Shown here: piece after piece, positions 10,203-20,701 of the stretch
Layout: the number at the start of each line of letters is the position of its first letter
Position numbering within the stretch: the first letter of the stretch is position 1
Assembly (NCBI GenBank): GCA_030739585.1
Contig: JASLYX010000003.1
Location: 147,633-211,632, forward strand
DNA length: 64,000 nt
Direction of reading: 5' to 3'
Source: Candidatus Bathyarchaeota archaeon
Lineage (GTDB): Archaea; Thermoproteota; Bathyarchaeia; TCS64
The notes under the pieces: generated by a model
Database searches by the model: none
What the model was told of the DNA's origin: nothing
The model's input: only the letters and a program-made list of their open reading frames with translations
Made by a program: the position numbers and the translations under genes

Positions 10203-10391
10203 CCGAGAATCAAACGACCTCGAAGTATTTACTCATTTTGTAAATCTGAACAGGTTATAACAACTGATTAGGCTTGGAGAATTCTGGTATTTTTATGGAA
10301 TTTTAATTTGATGGATTGTCGGAAATTAGAGGTATGATTTATCACAACTACATGTGTGCGACTTTTTATTATCCTAAATTAATACTTAGAT

Positions 10392-10784
10392 ATGAAAAGC
10401 TACATCAAGATCTTTGGCCCACCTGTTTTAGAAGCGATAAGAGAACTTGAAAAAATAGCTGTAGGGCTACCCCAGGTCCGCATATGGGATACAGTGTTTG
10501 CAAGAGGTATACCAAAAAACCTGTCAAGAGATGTAGGGGGGCAACATTTTCAAAATAATAGGTTGGATTGGATCGGTTCATATTTTGAGAAACAGGGAGT
10601 ATCAATTTCAAGGGAACGAATTAAAAACATTGTTAGCTCCTCAGGTTCTTCAATTGGAAATTATGATTTTTTCTTTGAGTGGCTGGAGGGTCCAACCTTC
10701 GAAAATTTAACGATGTTGATTGAAAAAATTGATAATGCCCTAGCGCCACTAGGATGTCGGTACACAATTACTACTCTTAAATAA
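10392..10784 (+). CDS. hypothetical protein
   Basis: 130-aa ORF divergent from 9810-10202, in an AT-rich patch. Confidence 0.3.
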   Translation: MKSYIKIFGPPVLEAIRELEKIAVGLPQVRIWDTVFARGIPKNLSRDVGGQHFQNNRLDWIGSYFEKQGVSISRERIKNIVSSSGSSIGNYDFFFEWLEGPTFENLTMLIEKIDNALAPLGCRYTITTLK

Positions 10785-10910
10785 ATCTGAATATAACATT
10801 TTTATTATAGGTCGCTGCATTGGAAGAGAGACGAACATAAAAGAGAATTGGTTTTTTACGATCTCGTTTTTTACTGAAAGATATTATATACTTCAGGAAA
10901 GCAATTTCAT

Positions 10911-11660
10911 TTGATCAAAATGCACGTTATAGCGACAGAAGTTAATCCGATTAATACTAAGCAAGGAGTTGAAATCAGGACACTACTTAAACACGAAAAT
11001 AGTCAGTCAGGAGTCTTGAGTGTATCCCACATAACTCTTCAGCCAGGCAGTGAAATAGTATTCAATGATCCCATGACAGAGTATATGCACTACGTTATAC
11101 AGGGGTGCATAGGCTTTGGAGGGCTTAGTGGAGATCTGCTACCTAGTAACACAGCCATCTTTATACCATGCACCAAAACTGGCACTGAACCATATATAGC
11201 AAAGCACACAATCGCCCAGACGGGTGAGGCTGAAACTAGGTTATTGACCGTTGCCTGCAAGGTTTCCAAGCCAGCATTCAGCTGGTCCCGAAGGCTCGAT
11301 CGGAACCTATACCATATACCCCAATACCATTCCGGAAAACAGATCACAGGTCAGACAAAAGTGTTGAACGAGCAAGAACTCATAGGTCTAGGCGCCTCAA
11401 GGATTCATTGTGTAAAAGTCCAATCTCAAGCAACCGGAACCGAAATTCCACCTTACTGTGGTCCAGAGCGGATAATGTATCAACTTAGTAGCACAGGGGA
11501 GCTGGACTCCGATGGGGATAAAGTGAGGACTCGTCCTGGGTCCTTTATTTATACACCTGAGGGAGAGATGCACAGCGTTAATAACACACATGAAAAATTC
11601 CCTATGCAATACGTACTGGTAGAGTTTGTTGATCACGAACAAGTCCGGAGGGGTGAGTAA
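10911..11660 (+). CDS. bicupin-family protein, paralogue 1 of 5
   Basis: Two cupin-like halves joined by a conserved linker xKPAFSWSRRLDRNLYHIPQYH. C-terminal half has PEG..H..N. Clearly homologous to the ORFs at 11626, 27267, 30452 and 31226. Confidence 0.55.
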   Translation: MIKMHVIATEVNPINTKQGVEIRTLLKHENSQSGVLSVSHITLQPGSEIVFNDPMTEYMHYVIQGCIGFGGLSGDLLPSNTAIFIPCTKTGTEPYIAKHTIAQTGEAETRLLTVACKVSKPAFSWSRRLDRNLYHIPQYHSGKQITGQTKVLNEQELIGLGASRIHCVKVQSQATGTEIPPYCGPERIMYQLSSTGELDSDGDKVRTRPGSFIYTPEGEMHSVNNTHEKFPMQYVLVEFVDHEQVRRGE

Positions 11661-11661
11661 T

Positions 11662-12468
11662 ATGCATATAAATATCGAAGATGTTGAACCAGTTGAGATA
11701 AGTGATGGAGTCTTTGAACGGGTGCTAATGAAGCCTGAGGACAGCCGGCCAGGGGGCCTTGGCGCCAGACACTATGTTGTAAAAGAGGATTCTACAGTCA
11801 CCTTCGAGGAACCCTTAACAGAGTTTCAGCACTACATTATTTCAGGCGTCGGTTTCTATGGGGCCAACCTCGTTCACGGGGATACGACCATTTTCGCGCC
11901 AGCAGGAACACATGGCCCCACAAGCCAGCGGAAAGGCTTGAGGAGGCACAGCATCGCCAATGTAGGTGAAGGGGAACTACGGATGTTCACAATAGCCTAC
12001 AAAGTTCCAAGACCCGCTTTCAGATGGGCCAAGTCCCGAGTAAGAAATCTACATCAAGTACCTACTCCTCACCAAACAAGGTACGGATATACACAGATAA
12101 TAACAGAGGAAGAACACGCCATTATGGGAGCTCTGAAGATGCATGCAATTGACATACAGACACATCCGGGAGGATATGGCAGAGGAAAAATAGATCCAAA
12201 AACAGGGAAAAAGATCGGAGGCAGGAATCCCGAGGAGATACTGTACTGTCTTAGAGGTCTCGGAGAGTTCATGGGAGGCTTAGAAGGCGGTGAGGTAAGC
12301 ACTGCAAAGCCGGGATCGTTTGGTTATGTCACAGAGGGAGCCCTCCATGGAATATGGCACTCAACTAGCGATGTTCTCCAATATGTATGCATGGAGTTTA
12401 TAGAACACGACAAGAGCTGGACAGAAAGAGGCTATCAAGGCGAAGTAAGCCCCGCAGATTGGAAGTAA
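11662..12468 (+). CDS. bicupin-family protein, paralogue 2 (tandem with 10911)
   Basis: Start placed at MHINIEDV to match the paralogues' MHVNINDV. The ORF track extends to 11626. Shares the motifs PRPAFRWAKSRVRNLHQVP, TEEEHAIMGALKMHAIDIQTHP, NPEEILYCLRG.GE and KPGSFGYVTEGALHG. Confidence 0.6.
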   Translation: MHINIEDVEPVEISDGVFERVLMKPEDSRPGGLGARHYVVKEDSTVTFEEPLTEFQHYIISGVGFYGANLVHGDTTIFAPAGTHGPTSQRKGLRRHSIANVGEGELRMFTIAYKVPRPAFRWAKSRVRNLHQVPTPHQTRYGYTQIITEEEHAIMGALKMHAIDIQTHPGGYGRGKIDPKTGKKIGGRNPEEILYCLRGLGEFMGGLEGGEVSTAKPGSFGYVTEGALHGIWHSTSDVLQYVCMEFIEHDKSWTERGYQGEVSPADWK

Positions 12469-12480
12469 AAAAACACAATC

Positions 12481-12510
12481 TCTATTTTTTTTCTTATTTT
12501 TTTACGAGGG
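12481..12510 (+). terminator. oligo-T tract (archaeal-type terminator) after bicupin pair
   Basis: ttttttttcttatttttttacg immediately 3' of the stop at 12468. Confidence 0.3.
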
Positions 12511-12636
12511 ATCAATTCTAACAAAAACATATCTGGAGTCAGATAAATTACGCATGTTTTACTTTCCTCCGAATAAAATCAACAAATTATATAAGGAGCA
12601 TAATTATTCCTGAAAATATTACAAGCCTTAAGCGAG

Positions 12637-14565
12637 TTAAATCTGATAGGCCACAAATGTGGCCTCGTGGATAGCCTCAAGAATTCGACTAGGTCTGACA
12701 CAGTCACCTATTTTATACAGTTCGTTAACCTGACCCTCCAAGCTATCGTATAACTCATCACAAGAACGAGAGCCTACGGCTATCACAACAGTGCCCGCTT
12801 TGAAAACATGCTTTTTCGAGTTTGCCCCAGTCGCTTCCAAGCTGTCAGATGATATCTTGTTGACCTTCATTGAGGTGAAAACCCTAACCCCCATCTCTTG
12901 AAACCTTTCAAGCAGGAAAACTTTGCTGAAAGGCTCCATGTCTATCCCGACATCAGAGAGCATCTCTATTACAGCTACGGTCTTACCCTTCTCTGCAAGG
13001 TATTCAGCAGTCTCTAGTCCTACCATTCCTCCGCCCACGACGAACACATTATCTTTTGCTTTGAATTCACCGGCCAAGACCTCCCAAGCACTGACCACGT
13101 TAGGACCATCTACTCCAGGAATTCTGGGGATAATCTGTACGGACCCAGTTGCAACTACAACTGCATCTGGTGTTTCATTTTGAACTAGTTCCCTTGTAAC
13201 CTCTTTCCTGAGGACAATATTTACACCTGATTTGGCAGCTTGATTCACTAGATAATCAGTATAATAATTGATTTCTTCTTTTAGGGGTGGTGTGCCTGCC
13301 AGTATAAGCTGTCCACCTAGCATTCCCTGCTTTTCGTAAAGAGTTACATCGTGACCTCTTTGCGCTGCAACAGTCGCAGCAGTCATACCAGCAGGACCGC
13401 CTCCTATTACAAGTACTCGTTTCTGTTGTTTAGCCAGGGATAAAGGATAATTTTGAATTCGACCCAAATTCGGGTTAACTGTGCAATGTACCCGTATGTT
13501 TCTAGAAGTAGCCATCTCGCAACGGAGGCATGCGAAACAAGGCGTAATATCGTCAAATTTCCCCCTTCTCGCCTTAATCGGGAGCTCCGGGTCAGCAAAA
13601 AGCGCTCTCCCCATGGCGACTAGGTCTGCCTTTCCCTCCACTAATATTTGCTCAGCCAATCTGGGATCGTTTATCCTACCGACAGCGATAACGGGAATAT
13701 CGACAGTCTCCTTAATACCCTGAGCAAGATGGACATAAGCCGCCCTAGGGATGCACATAGGGGGCATTGCCTTATGATAGGACTCTACGATGCCCATGGT
13801 GACATCTATGCAAGATACGCCTGCGTCTGCTAGGTTTTTTGCGATGAACTTGTTGTCCTCAAGGGTGAGCCCCCCCTCTATGAATTCATCCCCGCTTATC
13901 CGCACCATTTGAGGGAAATCTTTACCTACTTTTTCCCTAGTCCTCTCGATGATTTCTAAGAGAAAGGTCAATCTCTTCTGAGGGGTCCCCCCATATGCAT
14001 CGGTCCGCTTGTTGACGAAAGGAGAGAGAAATTGGGAGATCAGATACCCACTAGCACCATGGTATTCTATTGCGTCGAAGCCGGCCTCTTTAGCTCTGAA
14101 CGATGCTTTGGCGAAGGCTTCAACCAAATAGTCTATTTCGTCCAAAGTTAGAGCTCTTGCGGTTGTCCCGTATGGCGCGCAGAATGCCTTTGAAGGCGCT
14201 ATTGGTACTTCGCCTACAGCTTCCGATGAAGAGATTGCTCTTCCTCCAAGGCTTAGCTGAATCGCTATCTTAGCCTTATGGATATGGACCGCTTCAACGA
14301 TGTCGTTAAGGCCACGTATATGCTCGTCAGTATCTATCCTCAGACGACCCGTCTTTTTTTCAAACGTAGTATCCACAAGGACCCAAGGGACTATAAGCAG
14401 GCCAGTTCCACCCTGTGCCCTGGTGAAATAATGATTAATGTGATAGCTGGTCGCTTCGCCTGAGACACTAGCGAAGCGGGTTCCCATAGGAGGCATCACT
14501 ATCCTGTTTTTTACCTCCATAGTCCCTATTCGAATTGGTTCAAATAGTCGAGTAAGAGCGGTCAT
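12637..14565 (-). CDS. Old-Yellow-Enzyme / 2,4-dienoyl-CoA reductase-like FMN+FAD+[4Fe-4S] oxidoreductase
   Basis: 642 aa. N-terminal OYE TIM-barrel (…NRIVMPPMGT…HGASGYLISQFLSP…), central CFACLRCE…C Fe-S motif, C-terminal Rossmann GGGPAGM. Confidence 0.8.
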   Translation of the reverse strand: MTALTRLFEPIRIGTMEVKNRIVMPPMGTRFASVSGEATSYHINHYFTRAQGGTGLLIVPWVLVDTTFEKKTGRLRIDTDEHIRGLNDIVEAVHIHKAKIAIQLSLGGRAISSSEAVGEVPIAPSKAFCAPYGTTARALTLDEIDYLVEAFAKASFRAKEAGFDAIEYHGASGYLISQFLSPFVNKRTDAYGGTPQKRLTFLLEIIERTREKVGKDFPQMVRISGDEFIEGGLTLEDNKFIAKNLADAGVSCIDVTMGIVESYHKAMPPMCIPRAAYVHLAQGIKETVDIPVIAVGRINDPRLAEQILVEGKADLVAMGRALFADPELPIKARRGKFDDITPCFACLRCEMATSRNIRVHCTVNPNLGRIQNYPLSLAKQQKRVLVIGGGPAGMTAATVAAQRGHDVTLYEKQGMLGGQLILAGTPPLKEEINYYTDYLVNQAAKSGVNIVLRKEVTRELVQNETPDAVVVATGSVQIIPRIPGVDGPNVVSAWEVLAGEFKAKDNVFVVGGGMVGLETAEYLAEKGKTVAVIEMLSDVGIDMEPFSKVFLLERFQEMGVRVFTSMKVNKISSDSLEATGANSKKHVFKAGTVVIAVGSRSCDELYDSLEGQVNELYKIGDCVRPSRILEAIHEATFVAYQI

Positions 14566-14706
14566 GCTTTCAATACCTCACAGGGAGCTATTTTAAAATT
14601 TTCCGACAGCCTCTTATTTGAAATAAATGCGAGTCATTGATTGAAACAAAAGAAATAAAAAGGAAGAGAACCCTGCAAGAAGGTCCTCTTTAAGTTTCAA
14701 ATATCA

Positions 14707-15888
14707 TTAGAGGTTGTAGGCCGCTATATAGGGAGCCCGCCAGTTTATGTACCAACCAAGGGTCTTGCATCCGGTGTCAGTTACTATGACGGTATCCTTA
14801 GAACGCCAGATCTCTCCATCTGGGCCGGATATAACTGGGTCTAGGACCAAAATCATTCCTGGCTTCAACTCTGTGTCATCGGTAGCGGTAAGATAGGGTG
14901 GCTCGTGGGATGTTACTCCTATTCCGTGGCCAACTCCAAGACCGTTTAGTAGCTTGATACCATCGTTTCCCGCCTTCTCTAATACAGAGTTATAGACCTT
15001 ACTGCATTTCACCCCAGGTTTGATAGTATCCATCGCCTTTTTCCTTAGCGATATTAGATCATTGAAAGTTTTGCTCTGCTCTGCGGTTGGTTCACCATTG
15101 ATCACCGTTCTAGTCGCATCAGACCAATAACCATCATAAGAGCTAACCATACCCAAACGCACAAGCTCCCCATTCTGTAACACCTTCTCCCAGCCAATCG
15201 CATATCGATCAACTAAGGGCCACATTTTTTTCGCGCTTATGCCAGATGCAGCTTGGGCCATAGAGTGATGTCCAACAGTATCGAGGCCTCGCTCCATGCA
15301 GTGAACCCTGGTGTCCTCTGCCAATGCCATCTCGGTCTTGGGATGTGTAACAATGATGTGATGAGCGGAACCGACGATTCCGTGGTCAGTCCGATAAGCT
15401 ACATCCTCAAGGAGCTCCGCTTCTTCGGATGTCTTGGTCATCCTGAGTGTTTTTATCCAATCACTGCAATCCACAATCTCTAGTCCAGAGAGAGCATTCT
15501 CAATATTATTGAATAGAGCGTTGGACACCCGATTCAGGTCAAGTCCGATCTTTCCCCCGTTATCAACTAACCCTTTGAGCTCCTCGGCTAGGGTTTTACT
15601 AGCGGGTTTAATGCTATCCTCTCCCTCCGTGTAGGGTGAGACTTTCTCAAGCCAACTCATGTTGCGAAGTGTCGATTCCCACTCAACGGGGCATATACAG
15701 ATTCTAATCCCATTTTTTGGCCATATTACTATCACGGGTCGGTCAGGGTAGCTATAGAGGAAAGGCATTGAGGCGCCACTAAGATATAGAACGTTATCCG
15801 AACCTACAGCTACTATTGCGTCATATTCAGAATTTTCTATTGCATTACAAACCTTTTCTTTTATACCGAGTTTCTTCATTTTTTTCAT
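14707..15888 (-). CDS. M24 family pita-bread hydrolase (creatinase/prolidase/ectoine-hydrolase-like)
   Basis: C-terminal domain has HGIGVTSHEPPYL, DTGC and other metal-ligand motifs. N-terminal creatinase-type domain. Confidence 0.8.
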   Translation of the reverse strand: MKKMKKLGIKEKVCNAIENSEYDAIVAVGSDNVLYLSGASMPFLYSYPDRPVIVIWPKNGIRICICPVEWESTLRNMSWLEKVSPYTEGEDSIKPASKTLAEELKGLVDNGGKIGLDLNRVSNALFNNIENALSGLEIVDCSDWIKTLRMTKTSEEAELLEDVAYRTDHGIVGSAHHIIVTHPKTEMALAEDTRVHCMERGLDTVGHHSMAQAASGISAKKMWPLVDRYAIGWEKVLQNGELVRLGMVSSYDGYWSDATRTVINGEPTAEQSKTFNDLISLRKKAMDTIKPGVKCSKVYNSVLEKAGNDGIKLLNGLGVGHGIGVTSHEPPYLTATDDTELKPGMILVLDPVISGPDGEIWRSKDTVIVTDTGCKTLGWYINWRAPYIAAYNL

Positions 15889-15891
15889 CTC

Positions 15892-17049
15892 CTAATGTGT
15901 CGACCTGAATCCTATCACAGAATATAGCTTGTCCCATGTCTTATACCAGCTAAGAAGAGTTGGAGAACTCTCCGTGATTTTGTAGATATCTTTAGAGTGG
16001 ATTAGCTCTTTTTCTGGACCATAAGTATAAACATCAAGTGCTATGACCATACCAGGTCTAAGGACGGTTTCATCCAAGGAGTTCAAGAAGGGGGCTTCTC
16101 TGTGGCTGACACCAACGCCATGACCAATCCCAGCCTCCTCAAAGAACGGTATCCCAAGCTCATAGGCTTTCTTTTTCACCTCGGCGAAAGCTTCGTTGCA
16201 TTTGGTGCCAGACTTGAGAGTCGCGAGGGCCACAGATTTTATCCTGAGGTTGTTCTCAAAAGCAGCTGACTGCTCATGAGTCGGATTTCCGATCACAGCC
16301 ATACGACCTGCATTTGACCAGTATCCTTTGAGGTGATTTGTTATATCTATCCGGGCAAGGTCCCCCTCCTTAATCCATCCTCTCTGAGCAGTGTAAAACA
16401 TCTGGGCAGCAGCTCCCACCTGAGTTGCCATGTGCTCTACGCCAGTGCCTCCGAATTCAAAGACATGAACTCTCACTCTCTCCGTAAACTCATTGATAGT
16501 ATATCCAGGGACAGCGACGGTCCCCTCTAAATGCATTAAAGCAGTGATGATTCCCAGCTCAGATTGATATGCTGCAGACTCGATTAATTTCACCTCCTGG
16601 GGAGTTTTTAATAAGCGAAGATCTCTGAGCACACTATCAAAAGGTATCCATTCAACATCAGAGATAATCTGTTTTAAATTATCTATAAATTGTTTTGATG
16701 CTCGGGTTTCGTCAATCCCGATTTTAGCTTTTTCAAGACCGAGTCGCGCCATTAGGACCTTGATTGTCCCGATGAGTGCCTTTGGGGGTAGGTCTTTGTT
16801 TTCGTCATAAGCTACCAGCTCCCCATTCCAGCCTTGGTCTCTTACTGCTTCCTCCCAGTCAATGGGACATGCAATACCACCTAGTCCCTCCTTGGTATGA
16901 AGCACTACAGCCTGCCTGTCCGGGTAATTGGAAGCAAAGGGGAGGATTAGATGACTCACATAGGTGAAGTTATCCACACCTATTACCAATAATGCATCCA
17001 GATCCTCGGTTGCTATGGCAGTATTAATTTTCTTATCGATCTCAATCAT
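15892..17049 (-). CDS. M24 family pita-bread hydrolase, tandem paralogue
   Basis: GHGVGVSHREAPFL motif. 4-nt spacing from the upstream paralogue suggests co-transcription. Confidence 0.8.
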   Translation of the reverse strand: MIEIDKKINTAIATEDLDALLVIGVDNFTYVSHLILPFASNYPDRQAVVLHTKEGLGGIACPIDWEEAVRDQGWNGELVAYDENKDLPPKALIGTIKVLMARLGLEKAKIGIDETRASKQFIDNLKQIISDVEWIPFDSVLRDLRLLKTPQEVKLIESAAYQSELGIITALMHLEGTVAVPGYTINEFTERVRVHVFEFGGTGVEHMATQVGAAAQMFYTAQRGWIKEGDLARIDITNHLKGYWSNAGRMAVIGNPTHEQSAAFENNLRIKSVALATLKSGTKCNEAFAEVKKKAYELGIPFFEEAGIGHGVGVSHREAPFLNSLDETVLRPGMVIALDVYTYGPEKELIHSKDIYKITESSPTLLSWYKTWDKLYSVIGFRSTH

Positions 17050-17147
17050 TTATTCATTCTTCCTTCCTGTTTTACGGAGATTACCATTCCAAATACGATA
17101 TGCGGAATTAAACGTTTTCGAGAGTGAACCGGTGTTCTTAAATAAAC

Positions 17148-18185
17148 TTGGATATCGCTTTCCTTATTATGTCAGGAGACAGTTTTAACCCTTTAGAAGT
17201 CAAAAAGGGAGAAAAAAAATTCGGATACGTGCCTATTGTAGATACGGTAGCAGCGAAGTTTGATATGCCCGTGGGCGTCGTTAATGGTGTTAATGATGGT
17301 CCCACCCTCGCAGTGACCGGAGGACTGTATCCCACTGAGTACTGTGGCGTCGAGGCAGCCTCCAGATTATACCAGCTCTTGGACCCCGAGAAACTATCGG
17401 GGCGGTTTATCACCATCCCCGTGATGAACATGAACGCGCTCCAGTTCCGAGTACCCGGACTAAACCTAACATCCTCCTCCACGACCCCCGTCGACAGGGG
17501 GAGAATAAACAGCTCATTCCCAGGGGACCCCGAGGGGAGACCCACCCAGATTCTCGCCCACAAGACGTTCAATATCCTCTCTAAAGCGAATTACCACGTC
17601 GACTTCAGGGGAGGAGACCTGAACGAGTCCCATCTCGTTCACACTATCGTGCTGAGGGCCGGAAAAGACACCGATGAGACAGGTGAAACCATGGCGAAAG
17701 TCGTCGGATACGAGTATGTGCTACCCAGCACCCCGGAGATAGGACACACGAGACCCGGCACGATGGTCTACGAACTGAACAACGCCGGTGTTGCCTCCAT
17801 CATCACCGAGAGCGGCCTTGGATACAGAGAGCAACCTCTCGAGGAGTTTGTCGAGTTGCACATCAGTGGCACATTGAACCTCTTGAAGCACTTCGGCATG
17901 AGCGAGGGTGAACCGACGAAGCCCAAGAATCAGAGATACCTGAACAGCAAATGGAATAGGGCGCCTGCCCCGGTTTCAGGCATCTGGACCGCCACCGCCG
18001 ACTATGGAGACATCTTCGAGAAAGGGGACGTTCTCGGCAGGATCACCGACCTCGACGGCTCCACGCTGGCAGAAGTGAACGCTCCGATCAGCGGTATCGT
18101 TCACACCATGTTCCCGAAGCGGGTAGTCCACAAGAACGACCCGCTGTTCCTGCTCCTTGAGATCGAGGGCAAAACAGGGTACTAG
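17148..18185 (+). CDS. AstE/AspA-family (succinylglutamate desuccinylase/aspartoacylase-like) deacylase paralogue; first Zn-ligand His replaced (YPTE)
   Basis: Family resemblance to 22259 and 23365 (…NGVNDGPTLAVTGG…E..GVEA…). The HxxE zinc motif reads LYPTE here. Confidence 0.6.
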   Translation: MDIAFLIMSGDSFNPLEVKKGEKKFGYVPIVDTVAAKFDMPVGVVNGVNDGPTLAVTGGLYPTEYCGVEAASRLYQLLDPEKLSGRFITIPVMNMNALQFRVPGLNLTSSSTTPVDRGRINSSFPGDPEGRPTQILAHKTFNILSKANYHVDFRGGDLNESHLVHTIVLRAGKDTDETGETMAKVVGYEYVLPSTPEIGHTRPGTMVYELNNAGVASIITESGLGYREQPLEEFVELHISGTLNLLKHFGMSEGEPTKPKNQRYLNSKWNRAPAPVSGIWTATADYGDIFEKGDVLGRITDLDGSTLAEVNAPISGIVHTMFPKRVVHKNDPLFLLLEIEGKTGY

Positions 18186-18359
18186 CAAGAGAGATTTTCC
18201 GAGGGACATTCATTCCCTCACTTTTTCTACTTATTTTGGTTCCATTTATTTTTTGTACCAAAGCAATTTTGTTTATAATGATCTATCCAAAAGTAAATTT
18301 GAATTCCATTTTTTAAATGAAAAAATAGTTATATAGGACAAATCTAATCTTTTTGGAAT

Positions 18360-19235
18360 ATGACAAAGTATCTTTTAGCAGATATGACTTCTGCCGAAGC
18401 TGCGAAGATAGTGAAAGAAAGGAAGATCGTTGTTGTGCCGGTGGGGGCGATACATAAGCATGGCGATGGTCCACTTGGAACAGATATGTTCTCCTGTACA
18501 GAGCTCGCTAGAAGGCTTGGCGAGGCAATTCCAGATAAAGTGATAGTTGTCCCGACACTCCCCTACGGAGTATCAGGCAGCGCTACTCTACCTGGGACTA
18601 TAAAAACTTCACAAGAACCTGTAAGGCAAATAATCAAGGAGATCTCGATGTCATTCGTCAAATTCGGTATCAAACACTTCTTATTTCTCACCGGCCACGG
18701 TGGGAATGACGGTGCATACCTGAGCGTAGCAAGAGAGCTCAATAAATTGGGAGTGTTATGTGCCTACGTCAGGTGGTGGGATCTTATGATCCAGCTGGAG
18801 GGGGACAAGAATCCAAACTTTAGAAACGTCAACCTCTTGGAACAAAGCGTTGACGCTGCATGCGGTAAAAATGACCCCTCGGTCTTGAGAGACGGCGAAG
18901 GCAGAACAGGGGCTTTCCAGCAACGTCTCCGAAAAGACGTGCTTAACGATAAGTTCAGTTCACCCGTGAAAATTGATGGGACCCTTATTTGTGCGGGCTC
19001 TGATCCCAAACTCACGAGTGTCCCTCATGGAGTGGTATACAATAAGGGGACAATTCAGATGCCGCTCCCTAGAGCAAAGGTGGATATAGATGATCCTGAG
19101 CCAGGCGAATGGGTGAGCATCTCCGACAAAGTTAGTGCAGAACAAGGCGATTACATACTGAACACTTGCAGAGACTGGCTTGTTGAGTTCTTAGCAGACT
19201 TTGAAACCCTCGAGATCCCGGAAAAATACCTATAA
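18360..19235 (+). CDS. creatininase-family cyclic amidohydrolase
   Basis: VVVPVGAIHKHGDGPLGTD… and LFLTGHGGN motifs are characteristic of the creatinine amidohydrolase fold. Confidence 0.75.
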   Translation: MTKYLLADMTSAEAAKIVKERKIVVVPVGAIHKHGDGPLGTDMFSCTELARRLGEAIPDKVIVVPTLPYGVSGSATLPGTIKTSQEPVRQIIKEISMSFVKFGIKHFLFLTGHGGNDGAYLSVARELNKLGVLCAYVRWWDLMIQLEGDKNPNFRNVNLLEQSVDAACGKNDPSVLRDGEGRTGAFQQRLRKDVLNDKFSSPVKIDGTLICAGSDPKLTSVPHGVVYNKGTIQMPLPRAKVDIDDPEPGEWVSISDKVSAEQGDYILNTCRDWLVEFLADFETLEIPEKYL

Positions 19236-19254
19236 AAAACAAATACCAGTAACC

Positions 19255-19290
19255 CTTTTTTTTCTTTTTACCATTTTTTCTTTGAACTCC
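19255..19290 (+). terminator. oligo-T tract after creatininase gene
   Basis: cccttttttttctttttaccattttttcttt. Confidence 0.3.
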
Positions 19291-19378
19291 ATTATTTGTA
19301 TCTATATGTTGAGGTAGATATCATATTTTCACTTTCTGAAAACGCTTAATACTAATCAACAATACTCTGAAGATTACT

Positions 19379-20545
19379 ATGGGAAAAAGATGGATATCAA
19401 AAAACCTGAAAAAAATGGAGCCCGACCCGTTTGGTGAATTAAGAGAAAAGATCCGCCACATGTCTAACGTAATCAATCTTAGTAGCGGAGATCCAGACTT
19501 CCCGACCCCGTCCCATATCGTTGAAGCGGCGTATAGGGCTCTCCAAGATGGATATACACACTACACGCTCACCAGTGGTCTTCCCGAGCTCAAAGAGGAG
19601 ATCGCTCAATACCAAAGGAAATTCCATATGAATCTGGATCCAGAAGGAGAAATATTGGTTACACCGGGAAGTCAACAAGCCTTGTTCCTGACACTCACCA
19701 GCATACTAAATAATGCAGATGAAGTTTTAATACCCGACCCGAGCTACACGGTTTATTCTCCAATCATTAAATATCTCGGAGCAAAGCCGATCATCTTTCC
19801 CTTGAACAGGGAAAATAACTTCCATATCGATCTACCAACCTTGGAAAAGAAAATTTCTCCCAAAACCAAGGCGCTAATAATTTGTTCTCCAAATAATCCC
19901 ACAGGAACTGTCTTCTCAGATGCTGACTTAGAGACAGTTGCAGCTATTGCCATAGAGAATGAGCTCCTTGTGATATCAGACGAGATTTACAGCGAGTTTG
20001 TCTGGAAAGGGAAACACAAATCGATCGCAACCTATCCAGGAATGAAAAATAGAACAGTGGTTATCGTAAGCTTTTCCAAGACCTTTTCCATGACCGGCTG
20101 GAGATTGGGTTACTTAATTGCAAACCAAGAGCTTACACAGATGATGGGGGGCCTTCAGGCTAATATGGTCATTTGCCCTGCTGGATTCGTTCAGAGAGCG
20201 GGGCTGGCCGCCCTTCAGGGGTCATGGGAGCCAGTGACTTTAATGGCTCAAGAGTACGAGAAAAGGGTAGATTATGTAGTCCAGCGCCTTAACGCATTAA
20301 AGGGTATATCCTGCCGCAAACCTGAAGGCGCCTTCTACGTCTGGGTTGATGTCTCGGCGCTTTGCCCCTCCAGCATTGACTTTTGCAACGACCTCCTCGA
20401 AAAGAAAGCACTCATAACAATGGCTGGAAAGTATTTCGGTCAACAAGGCGAGGGTTTCGTCAGATTAGCTCTGGTCAAACCCATGGATGTTTTAACTGAA
20501 GCTTTGGATAGAATGGACTCATACATCAACGGATTGGATATCTGA
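19379..20545 (+). CDS. class I/II PLP aminotransferase (aspartate aminotransferase-like)
   Basis: SFSKTFSMTGWRLGY PLP-lysine motif, 388 aa. Confidence 0.85.
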   Translation: MGKRWISKNLKKMEPDPFGELREKIRHMSNVINLSSGDPDFPTPSHIVEAAYRALQDGYTHYTLTSGLPELKEEIAQYQRKFHMNLDPEGEILVTPGSQQALFLTLTSILNNADEVLIPDPSYTVYSPIIKYLGAKPIIFPLNRENNFHIDLPTLEKKISPKTKALIICSPNNPTGTVFSDADLETVAAIAIENELLVISDEIYSEFVWKGKHKSIATYPGMKNRTVVIVSFSKTFSMTGWRLGYLIANQELTQMMGGLQANMVICPAGFVQRAGLAALQGSWEPVTLMAQEYEKRVDYVVQRLNALKGISCRKPEGAFYVWVDVSALCPSSIDFCNDLLEKKALITMAGKYFGQQGEGFVRLALVKPMDVLTEALDRMDSYINGLDI

Positions 20546-20701
20546 GATATTCGTCTCCCGTGTGTTCAACATTGCACATATCTTCAATGCATTTGTTTGT
20601 TTAATAATCACTTAAATCAAAGAGATTCAACGCACTAAATAGAAAAATAAGATACCCTCAATCGGGGGGTACATTGTATCAAATGAAGCTGCTGAAAAAA
20701 A